From positions 126,132-190,131 of the IMG/VR virus record IMGVR_UViG_3300023174_000050: a stretch of 64,000 bases of DNA. One strand, written 5' to 3'. The position numbers were made by a program, and so were the translations under genes. The notes under the pieces are model-generated. The model saw only the letters and a program-made list of their open reading frames with translations. It was not told the DNA's origin and searched no databases. The stretch's first letter is position 1; every line of letters starts with the position of its first letter. Of the stretch, positions 39,034 to 45,769 are shown in pieces. The DNA is from a virus.

Positions 39034-39119
39034 GGAGAGTGGGCCGGATGGTAAGGCAGCAGTTTGCTAAACTGTAGACCCGCAAGGGTCAATGGGTTCG
39101 ACTCCCATACTCTCCGCCA
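39034..39119 (+). tRNA. tRNA-Ser(GCT)
   Basis: Loop TTGCTAA, long variable arm, G73, CCA. Confidence 0.95.
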
Positions 39120-39126
39120 AAGTTAT

Positions 39127-39218
39127 GCCAGCGAGACTGGGTAGTCAGAGAGGTCTTATACACCTTTTAGCGCCAGATTAGCGTTCTTGAGAGAGTTCGA
39201 GTCTCTCCGCTGGTACCA
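39127..39218 (+). tRNA. atypical tRNA, anticodon TAT (Ile UAU)
   Basis: GCCAGCG/CGCTGGT acceptor, mini D-arm, GAGGT-CTTATAC-ACCTT, long variable arm, canonical T-arm, CCA. Confidence 0.65.
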
Positions 39219-39221
39219 TAT

Positions 39222-39296
39222 GGTAGTGTAGCATAACGGTAGTGCAACAGCTTCATACGCTGCAAAGTGTAAGTTCGATTCTTACCATTACCACCA
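39222..39296 (+). tRNA. tRNA-CAT (elongator Met or Ile2)
   Basis: Cloverleaf, loop TTCATAC, CCA. Confidence 0.88.
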
Positions 39297-39302
39297 GTTT
39301 GA

Positions 39303-39376
39303 TGCGGAATAGAGAAATGGTATCTCGTGAGTCTCATAAGCTCAAGTTCTTGGTTCGACTCCAGGTTCCGCTACCA
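39303..39376 (+). tRNA. tRNA-CAT, initiator-like (fMet)
   Basis: 1:72 T-T mismatch, A11-U24, loop CTCATAA; lacks three G-C pairs in the anticodon stem. Confidence 0.85.
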
Positions 39377-39959
39377 ATTGTTTTAATTCGTGAGAAATAG
39401 CAATACGTTCTATTAGACCATAACTATAGTCTTTAAGTATTTCTATTTCAAGATCACACACTAGAATACGACGAGTAAAATCTGCGTGTTCTCGATCACG
39501 TTGTTCCAATTGTTTTTGTACGAATTCAAGTAATAAATTTTTCTTATTGTTATTTACATTTAATCTCGCAATAACTTTATTTAGATTGTCCTTAAACTTA
39601 TTGCAAATAGAAATATTATTTGTTGTTTCTGCTTTTATATTTAATACTTGATTTCGCATTTCCTGTATTAGATCACCTGCCTCGGCATCGAAGTTGGGTA
39701 TAACAGAGTTTAGCATTTGATTAATATGATCTATAGCATTGTTTCTAATTTGCAGATTTGATTCTGCATCGCCAGATATGTCGTAAGATTTTCTTCGAAT
39801 AGGATCAGATAAAATTTCATACGCTTCTTTTATGCGTTTAAATTTTTCCTCATCCCCGCCCTTATCAGGATGATGTATGTTTGCCAAGTGTCTGTATTTG
39901 AGTTTTATTTCTTCCTCATCTGCATCAATTGGCAATTCTAGTTCTAGATATGGGTCCAT
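39342..39959 (-). CDS. J-domain (DnaJ-like) protein
   Basis: EIKLKYRHLANIHHPDKGG...AYEILSD; only minus-strand gene in the tRNA array. Confidence 0.88.
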   Translation of the reverse strand: MDPYLELELPIDADEEEIKLKYRHLANIHHPDKGGDEEKFKRIKEAYEILSDPIRRKSYDISGDAESNLQIRNNAIDHINQMLNSVIPNFDAEAGDLIQEMRNQVLNIKAETTNNISICNKFKDNLNKVIARLNVNNNKKNLLLEFVQKQLEQRDREHADFTRRILVCDLEIEILKDYSYGLIERIAISHELKQLVAEPGVEPRT

Positions 39960-40002
39960 AGAGAGATATATATTAGTATCAATTATTTATAGGAGTGTGC
40001 AA

Positions 40003-40185
40003 ATGAGTGGAAAAGGTTCGGCTCCAAGGCCATTTAGTGTCAGCAACGAAGAATACGAAAAAAGATGGGATGCAATTTTTCAAAGAGATATCAGAGAAGT
40101 TGAGGATGATTTGAATGAAAAAGAAGAATTTGAAAGAATTCTAAAACATAATGAGAGTAAAGAAAAAAATTCCGGTGTAGTATAA
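40003..40185 (+). CDS. small protein (60 aa) reading into tRNA-Trp
   Basis: AGGAG RBS; MSGKGSAPRPFSVSNEEYEKRWDAIF... Confidence 0.65.
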   Translation: MSGKGSAPRPFSVSNEEYEKRWDAIFQRDIREVEDDLNEKEEFERILKHNESKEKNSGVV

Positions 40186-40244
40186 TGGCAGTGCGGCGGT
40201 CTCCAAAACCGTTAGTGGGAGTTCGATTCTCTCCACCGGAGCCA
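40171..40244 (+). tRNA. tRNA-Trp(CCA)
   Basis: Cloverleaf, loop CTCCAAA, CCA. Confidence 0.95.
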
Positions 40245-40255
40245 AGATGAAAAAT

Positions 40256-40329
40256 GCGGGATTGGTTTAATGGTAAAACGAAACCTTGCCAAGGTTTAGT
40301 CACCAGTTCGATTCTGGTATCCCGCTCCA
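40256..40329 (+). tRNA. tRNA-Gly(GCC)
   Basis: Cloverleaf, loop TTGCCAA, U73, CCA. Confidence 0.95.
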
Positions 40330-40342
40330 ACAAAGGTGCACT

Positions 40343-40825
40343 ATGAAAAAATTAGACATGAATGAAGTTACTGCTTTTATCGAAGCGCAAAGTCCAGAGA
40401 CCAAAATATACATTGGAGCGGATTCCGAACGATATAGAAGAAACGATAAATGGTACGCCGACTATACTCTTGCTATTGTAGTCCACATCGATGGACGCCA
40501 TGGTTGTAAAATCTTTGGTGAAGTTCAAACCGAAATTGATTATGATGCAAAAAATAGCAGACCTTCCATGCGTCTAATGAATGAAGTATATAAAGTTGCA
40601 GAACTATATCACAAACTTATAGATGCAGATGTAATTGGTGAAAAAGAAGTTCAAATTCATCTTGACATTAATCCCAAAGAATGTTATAATAGCTCTATAG
40701 TGATTCAACAAGCAGTTGGTTATATTAAAGGGACCTGTAATGTGGTACCGATGGTTAAGCCAAATGCTTTTGCAGCTAGTTATGCTGCCGATAGACTGAA
40801 AGAGGTCATGGCAATGGCGGCATAA
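40343..40825 (+). CDS. YkuK/DUF458 RNase H-like protein
   Basis: IYIGADS, RLMNEV, IHLDIN, KPNAFAASYAAD. Confidence 0.8.
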   Translation: MKKLDMNEVTAFIEAQSPETKIYIGADSERYRRNDKWYADYTLAIVVHIDGRHGCKIFGEVQTEIDYDAKNSRPSMRLMNEVYKVAELYHKLIDADVIGEKEVQIHLDINPKECYNSSIVIQQAVGYIKGTCNVVPMVKPNAFAASYAADRLKEVMAMAA

Positions 40826-40835
40826 ATAATTTTAT

Positions 40836-41147
40836 TGTTGTATGAAGCGAAGAGAAATGTGTTCTGGACGGGGGTGCAAATCCCCCCAGGTCCACCATAA
40901 ACATACTAGCCTTTGGGTGTAGTCCGTAAGGATCAAGAGATAATTTCAAAGACCCCATATAACCAAGTTAGTATGTTTTTGATGGGCCTGCATAGTTTCG
41001 ACAGGGCAAATAGTAACGGAGTGGACAGCACATCAGAGTAGATGTTAAAACTAAAACAACGTAAACGCAAACGACGAAATGTTCGCATTAGCAGCCTAAA
41101 CACTGCTTAGGGTTTCGGTAGGTTTCCTCGTAACAGAATAACCTACC
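40836..41147 (+). ncRNA. ssrA: circularly permuted two-piece tmRNA (5' boundary approximate)
   Basis: T-arm and CAGGTCC-A-CCA (to 40897) precede GGGCCTG...TTCGAC (from 40984); G3-U70; tag ORF ANDEMFALAA* at 41067-41099. Confidence 0.92.
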
Positions 41148-41152
41148 TTTTT
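41117..41152 (+). terminator. hairpin + U tract at the end of the tmRNA
   Basis: GGTAGGTT...AACCTACC-TTTTT. Confidence 0.6.
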
Positions 41153-41171
41153 AAATTTAAAAAGGAGTTTT

Positions 41172-41735
41172 ATGAAAAAAACAGTATTAGCACTTGCGCT
41201 TTTGGCAAGTTTAACAGTCTTTGCTAGCGATAATGTAGCAGTAGACTATTCAGTTAAGAAAAAAGTTGATTCAACACAACACAATGATGTATATGGATTA
41301 ACCGTTGGTCATAAATTAGACAACGGCATTACTTCAGAAATTCGTTTTGAAAATGAAACAACTAACACTGGCAAACAAGAAGGTTTAATGCAAGTTAAAG
41401 GCATTTATGATTTGACCGGTGTGGCAGGTGTTACACCATATGTTGCAGCAGCAGTTGGTCATAAAATGAAAGCAACTGAGAATTTTGAATTCTATGTTGC
41501 GGAGGTTGGCGCAAAAACAAATTTAGGTCCTGTAGGATTAAAATTTGCATCTCGTATTCGCTCACCCTTTGATGAAGGACATATTGGTGCAGGTAGTAAA
41601 TATCGTACATATGAAAATAGTTTGACTGCAGGTTATAAGTTAAACAAACTTGATACTATCAGTGTCAAATATGCAAATGAAAAAGGTGATAGTAACTATC
41701 ATACAACAGGCGTATCCTTTAGTCACGCATTTTAA
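41172..41735 (+). CDS. outer-membrane beta-barrel protein
   Basis: Sec signal peptide, alternating beta-strand pattern, C-terminal Phe (GVSFSHAF). Confidence 0.7.
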   Translation: MKKTVLALALLASLTVFASDNVAVDYSVKKKVDSTQHNDVYGLTVGHKLDNGITSEIRFENETTNTGKQEGLMQVKGIYDLTGVAGVTPYVAAAVGHKMKATENFEFYVAEVGAKTNLGPVGLKFASRIRSPFDEGHIGAGSKYRTYENSLTAGYKLNKLDTISVKYANEKGDSNYHTTGVSFSHAF

Positions 41736-41740
41736 TTAAC

Positions 41741-41814
41741 GCGAGTTTAGTTTAATGGTAGAATTAGAGCCTTCCAAGCTCAAGGCACGGGTTCGATTCC
41801 CGTAGCTCGCTCCA
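41741..41814 (+). tRNA. tRNA-Gly(TCC)
   Basis: Cloverleaf, loop CTTCCAA, U73, CCA. Confidence 0.95.
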
Positions 41815-41819
41815 AACTT

Positions 41820-41924
41820 CCAGACCTGTAAATTGCTTACAAAGCACTCTGGATCCGCTGACGCGAAAACAGGATGGGCTGCGCTCACGGGGTTTACTGG
41901 TTTCCTGACACAAAAATAACCAGT
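41820..41924 (+). ncRNA. putative structured RNA with loop-loop pairing
   Basis: Three hairpins; loop CAGGA is complementary to loop TCCTG. Confidence 0.45.
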
Positions 41925-41934
41925 CCTACCCTGC

Positions 41935-41963
41935 TTGACAGGGTTTCTTTTTGGTGTTATAAT
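41935..41963 (+). promoter_or_regulatory. sigma70-type promoter
   Basis: TTGACA-17nt-TATAAT with extended -10 TG. Confidence 0.85.
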
Positions 41964-41983
41964 ATAGGCATAGGAGAGATCAA

Positions 41984-42571
41984 ATGCCAGCAGTATTTTT
42001 AGTTAGTGATACACATTTCGGTCATGCAGGGGTGTGTCGTTTCATGCGTAACGACGGTATTACTAAACTTCGTCCATGGGATAATCCAGAAGAAATGGAT
42101 GAAGAAATGGTCAAGCGCTGGAATGAAATTGTCAGACCAAATGACAAAGTTTATCATCTTGGTGATGTTGTTATTAACCGCAAGGCTTTAAAAACACTTG
42201 AGCGTTTGAACGGTGATAAGGTATTGATTCGTGGTAACCATGATATCTTTCGAGATGATGAATATAGACAATACTTCCGAGAGCTTCGTGCATATCATGT
42301 GATGAACGGAATGATTCTGTCGCATATTCCTATTCATTCAGAATCTCTAGCTAGATTTGGTACCAACATTCATGGACATCTTCATGCCAATCGAGTAATG
42401 ATCCGAGACTTTTTTAGCGACGCACTAGAGATTGATACTAGATACCATTGCGTATGTGTTGAACAAACCGACTTTAGGCCTATTCTTTTTGAGGATGTTA
42501 TCAAACGAATTACAGAAGAAGGTGGTACTGTAGGTTTTAAAAATGGCAACGGTTCACAATGCGCAGATTAG
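41984..42571 (+). CDS. calcineurin-like metallophosphoesterase
   Basis: SDTHFGH, HLGDV, RGNHD, NIHGHLH. Confidence 0.92.
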   Translation: MPAVFLVSDTHFGHAGVCRFMRNDGITKLRPWDNPEEMDEEMVKRWNEIVRPNDKVYHLGDVVINRKALKTLERLNGDKVLIRGNHDIFRDDEYRQYFRELRAYHVMNGMILSHIPIHSESLARFGTNIHGHLHANRVMIRDFFSDALEIDTRYHCVCVEQTDFRPILFEDVIKRITEEGGTVGFKNGNGSQCAD

Positions 42572-42837
42572 AAAATGAATCCTATAATGCATGGGTAGAG
42601 CGTGTTCGTTTATTTGAACATGGATACGCTCTACAACGTGTTGCCAAGGGCGAAGATTCGGAAACAATAATTGAAGAAATGAGTATTCGCATGATAGATA
42701 AACTTATGAATCCTGTTTACAAAATCATACGTGATACTGGTCGCAAAACTTTTAATGTTGAAAAATCAAGAAAAGATTACTATGATAAATATCTTAGCAA
42801 GCATAAAACAAAACCAGATCATGTTTTGGATGACTAA
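42559..42837 (+). CDS. stand-alone glutamyl-tRNA reductase dimerisation-domain-like protein
   Basis: ALQRVAKGEDSETIIEEMSIRMIDKLMNP resembles the HemA C-terminus. Confidence 0.5.
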   Translation: MRRLENESYNAWVERVRLFEHGYALQRVAKGEDSETIIEEMSIRMIDKLMNPVYKIIRDTGRKTFNVEKSRKDYYDKYLSKHKTKPDHVLDD

Positions 42838-42840
42838 AGG

Positions 42841-42869
42841 TTGACAGAATATTGAAAAGATTATATAAT
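42841..42869 (+). promoter_or_regulatory. sigma70-type promoter
   Basis: TTGACA-17nt-TATAAT. Confidence 0.8.
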
Positions 42870-42878
42870 ATTATTTGA

Positions 42879-42964
42879 GCCAGAGTGGTGGAATGGTATA
42901 CACAGCAGACTTAAAATCTGCCGCTCGCAAGGGCATACGGGTTCGAGTCCCGTCTCTGGTACCA
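42879..42964 (+). tRNA. tRNA-Leu(TAA)
   Basis: Loop CTTAAAA, long variable arm, CCA. Confidence 0.95.
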
Positions 42965-42982
42965 AGATAACTAAGGAACAAA

Positions 42983-43228
42983 ATGATTGATTATGTTATA
43001 ACATTTTTTGCAGTATTTGTTACAGACATCCTATATACTTTTTATTTAAAATCAGTACAACATAATAGCCCTTTAAAAGCTAGTTTTTGGGCTACTGTAG
43101 TTACAGCGACCGCAAGTATTGCAGTAATTAATTATACAGAAAATCATTTGATGTTGATCCCAGCTTTGATAGGTGCCTTTGCTGGGACATGGTTTGGAAT
43201 GAAATTTAAAAAGAAGGAGTTGGAATGA
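42983..43228 (+). CDS. small multi-pass membrane protein
   Basis: Three hydrophobic segments; AAGGA RBS. Confidence 0.65.
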   Translation: MIDYVITFFAVFVTDILYTFYLKSVQHNSPLKASFWATVVTATASIAVINYTENHLMLIPALIGAFAGTWFGMKFKKKELE

Positions 43229-43674
43229 GTATTACAATAAAAAATTTAGAAGATGCGCTGGCAGGCGAGAGCCAAGCACATATCAAATATCGTTATTTCG
43301 CAAAGATTGCCCGTGAAGAAGGTCATGAAGAAGTTGCACAACACTTCGAACATACTGCAGATCAAGAGTTGCTTCATGCCTGGGGTCATCTAGAATTGCT
43401 AATCGGCAAGCCTAGTACAAAAGAATGTCTACAAAAAGCTATTGATGGCGAGACATATGAGTTTACACAAATGTATCCTACAATGAAAAGGCAAGCTGAA
43501 TTAGAAAATAATCAAGAAGCAGTTCGTGAAGCAGCCCATCAAATTGCAGAATCACAAACTCACGCTGAAGAATTTCGTGCAGTTCTTGCTAAAGCAGAAA
43601 AGCGTTTCTCGGCTTTAACTAAAATCGAAAAGCGTCACGCCGCAGCTTATCAACAAGTATTGGAGACATTATAA
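43225..43674 (+). CDS. rubrerythrin (ferritin-like diiron domain)
   Basis: ALAGESQA..Y..FA, ELLHA, GETYE..MYP, ESQTH. Confidence 0.9.
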   Translation: MSITIKNLEDALAGESQAHIKYRYFAKIAREEGHEEVAQHFEHTADQELLHAWGHLELLIGKPSTKECLQKAIDGETYEFTQMYPTMKRQAELENNQEAVREAAHQIAESQTHAEEFRAVLAKAEKRFSALTKIEKRHAAAYQQVLETL

Positions 43675-43802
43675 TGGAACACGTATGCGTAGTTTGTGGC
43701 CATGTCCACGATGAAGAAATAGAAGGCAAATGGGAATCTCTTCCAGAAGATTTTCTATGCCCCGAATGCGGTTGCGGAAAAGAAGATTACGAAGCAATAT
43801 AA
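43674..43802 (+). CDS. rubredoxin (42 aa, not in ORF track)
   Basis: CVVCG...WESLPEDFLCPECG; TAATG coupling to rubrerythrin. Confidence 0.88.
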   Translation: MEHVCVVCGHVHDEEIEGKWESLPEDFLCPECGCGKEDYEAI

Positions 43803-43809
43803 CTAACAC

Positions 43810-43844
43810 GCGCTTGTAGCTCAGTTGGTTAGAGCAGTGGACTC
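43810..43844 (+). pseudogene. 5' half of a tRNA truncated in the anticodon loop
   Basis: GCGCTTG-TA-GCTCAGTTGGTTAGAGC-A-GTGGA-CTC, then unrelated AT-rich sequence; no matching 3' half seen. Confidence 0.75.
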
Positions 43845-43860
43845 CTTAAAATTTATTTTT

Positions 43861-43868
43861 TATAAATA
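43861..43868 (+). promoter_or_regulatory. T4-type late promoter
   Basis: TATAAATA upstream of the endonuclease RBS. Confidence 0.6.
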
Positions 43869-43883
43869 TAAAAAGGAGTAAAT

Positions 43884-44399
43884 ATGCCTAACCAATGGAC
43901 TAAAGCTAAAGAAACAGGAATACCCTACATTATTAAGGATTCTACTAGAAAAAAACTTAGCAATGCTGCAACAGAAAAAAATCTAAAATATTTTTCATCT
44001 AAAGAAAATAGAGATAAGCATTCTGATGCTATGAAATTAGCAGTAGAAAAATTTCCAAATTCGTATACATCTTCTAACAGAGGAAGAACCAAGCAAATAG
44101 TATATGATGGTATAAAATTTCAAGGTAGGTGGGAATTAGATTTTTATAAATGGTGCATTTCTGAGAATATACAAATTAAAAGATGTGAAGAATTTTTTGA
44201 ATATAAATGGAATGGTATAAGAAAATATTTTCCAGATTTCTTTTTGCCTGAGCAAAATTTGTATGTAGAAATAAAAGGGTATGAAACTGAAAGAGATCAA
44301 GCTAAATGGTCTCAGTTTCCAAAAAAATTATTTGTGGTTAAACGAAAAGAAATATTACAAATAAAAAAAGGTAATTTTAATAAAGCGACTCTAGCATAG
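43884..44399 (+). mobile_element. PD-(D/E)xK endonuclease, homing-endonuclease-like
   Basis: YFPDFFLPEQNLYVEIKG catalytic motif; basic NUMOD-like N-terminus; sits between a tRNA half and an intact tRNA. Confidence 0.65.
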
Positions 44400-44459
44400 C
44401 GGTAGTGCCGAGAACTCATAATTCTTACGGGACTGGTTCGAATCCAGTGGGTCGCACCA
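44385..44459 (+). tRNA. tRNA-CAT (elongator Met or Ile2)
   Basis: GCGACTC/GGGTCGC acceptor, loop CTCATAA, CCA. Confidence 0.92.
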
Positions 44460-44472
44460 TTTAAGAAAACAT

Positions 44473-45066
44473 ATGAAACATTTTTTCGACATAGGCGGTA
44501 ATCACGGACAAACTTTTGATTACCTTGCCACATTAGATCGTAGTTATAAAGATCACAAATTTTGGGTTTTTGAACCTTCCCCTAGGCATTTTGCTGTTTT
44601 GTTGGACAAGTGTAAAAGTATGTCTGCACAATATGACATTACAGTATGTCCGTTTGGTATAGGCGGCAAAACTGAGGTTAGGCACTTCCTAGAAAAAGAT
44701 GATTACATGGGGGATTCATTTCAAACATGGCATGCATCTGATCATGAGGTGTTTAATTTAGACAATGGATATTCTGTATTTTCATCTATTATTAGTTTGC
44801 CAGAGTTCATTATGAAATATACTAATTCAGATGATACTATTGTTTTGGATATTGATACTGAGGGAAGCGAGTATGAAATTATGCGCGCATTGCTAGACCA
44901 TCCTCAAGCATTATCTAGGGTAACAGAGGTTATGGTTGAATGGCATCATGTAAAAGAAGATGTGGCTACAGTATCTCCTGAGGAAGTTTCATCGGTGTGT
45001 GATCAACTTGGCATTTCGCTAGTACATAGAGGTGATAGTAAACTATTTGAAGGGATGGCGGTATGA
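44473..45066 (+). CDS. FkbM-family methyltransferase
   Basis: FFDIGGNHG, VFEPSP, LDIDTEGSEYEI. Confidence 0.8.
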   Translation: MKHFFDIGGNHGQTFDYLATLDRSYKDHKFWVFEPSPRHFAVLLDKCKSMSAQYDITVCPFGIGGKTEVRHFLEKDDYMGDSFQTWHASDHEVFNLDNGYSVFSSIISLPEFIMKYTNSDDTIVLDIDTEGSEYEIMRALLDHPQALSRVTEVMVEWHHVKEDVATVSPEEVSSVCDQLGISLVHRGDSKLFEGMAV

Positions 45067-45305
45067 AAGATTTAGATAGAGGCAGATATACATCAGAGGA
45101 TGCTGCCAATAAAATTGGCAATCGATATGATTTGGTTTTAGTTGCAACTGCAAGAGCACGAGAAATTAAAAAAGAAAAACATGGTTCTGCACGAAGTAGC
45201 ATTTTGACTGCACTTGAAGAAATTGAAGATGGTAAGATTGGTCGCGAATACTTAAAGCATTATGCCAAAGGAAACCGTTTGAGCAGACATCATCGAAATG
45301 GATAA
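45063..45305 (+). CDS. rpoZ: RNA polymerase omega subunit-like
   Basis: NRYDLVLVATARAREI and ALEEIEDGKI motifs. Confidence 0.8.
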   Translation: MKDLDRGRYTSEDAANKIGNRYDLVLVATARAREIKKEKHGSARSSILTALEEIEDGKIGREYLKHYAKGNRLSRHHRNG

Positions 45306-45313
45306 CTTAGTGC

Positions 45314-45342
45314 TTGACAAGATTCGCATTATATATTATAAT
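45314..45342 (+). promoter_or_regulatory. sigma70-type promoter
   Basis: TTGACA-17nt-TATAAT. Confidence 0.8.
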
Positions 45343-45415
45343 AGTGTTATAGTAATGAAAGATCGCCGTTACTGTAATTTTTTCTGAGCGATTATATTTT
45401 AATGGAGTTGACACA

Positions 45416-45667
45416 ATGTTGAAACAACGTGTTTTGAAAGTACTAGAGTCTGGTCGTCAGTTTACCCCAGCTCAATTGGCAGGTCTTACAGGTAGCTCTG
45501 AAGACAGCATTCGTCCCCGTATCAGCGAACTTCGCGCAGAAGGTTATGCTGTTTACACTAACCAAACTAAGAATGGTAAAACCGCTTACCGTCTAGGCAC
45601 ACCAAGCCGTAAAATGGTAGCCGCTGCTTACGCAATGTTCGGCGGAGACGCATTTAGCCGCGCTTAA
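45416..45667 (+). CDS. winged helix-turn-helix protein
   Basis: FTPAQLAGLTG...IRPRISELRAEGYAV. Confidence 0.7.
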   Translation: MLKQRVLKVLESGRQFTPAQLAGLTGSSEDSIRPRISELRAEGYAVYTNQTKNGKTAYRLGTPSRKMVAAAYAMFGGDAFSRA

Positions 45668-45769
45668 TGCAAACATACGAGCACTCCCCCTACCTTTTAT
45701 CGCAACGATAAAAAAGTGCTTCCGTAAGGCGTAAGCGGAATCTTTTTATAATTTGACTTTGAACACATC

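Noticed and set aside
38119-40342. Upstream extensions of ORFs 38119, 39877 and 40286, and ORF 40091..40333 (-)
   Set aside because: They overlap tRNAs or the DnaJ gene; RBS-supported ATGs at 38161, 40003 and 40343 are better starts.
41855-41880. Hammerhead ribozyme (CTGAC...GAAA)
   Set aside because: Does not match the CUGANGA core and has no stem II between the motifs.
43810-44459. Group I intron in a tRNA anticodon loop
   Set aside because: No 3' exon complementary to GTGGA/GCGCTTG is present; the downstream tRNA is complete with a different acceptor stem; no intron core was seen.
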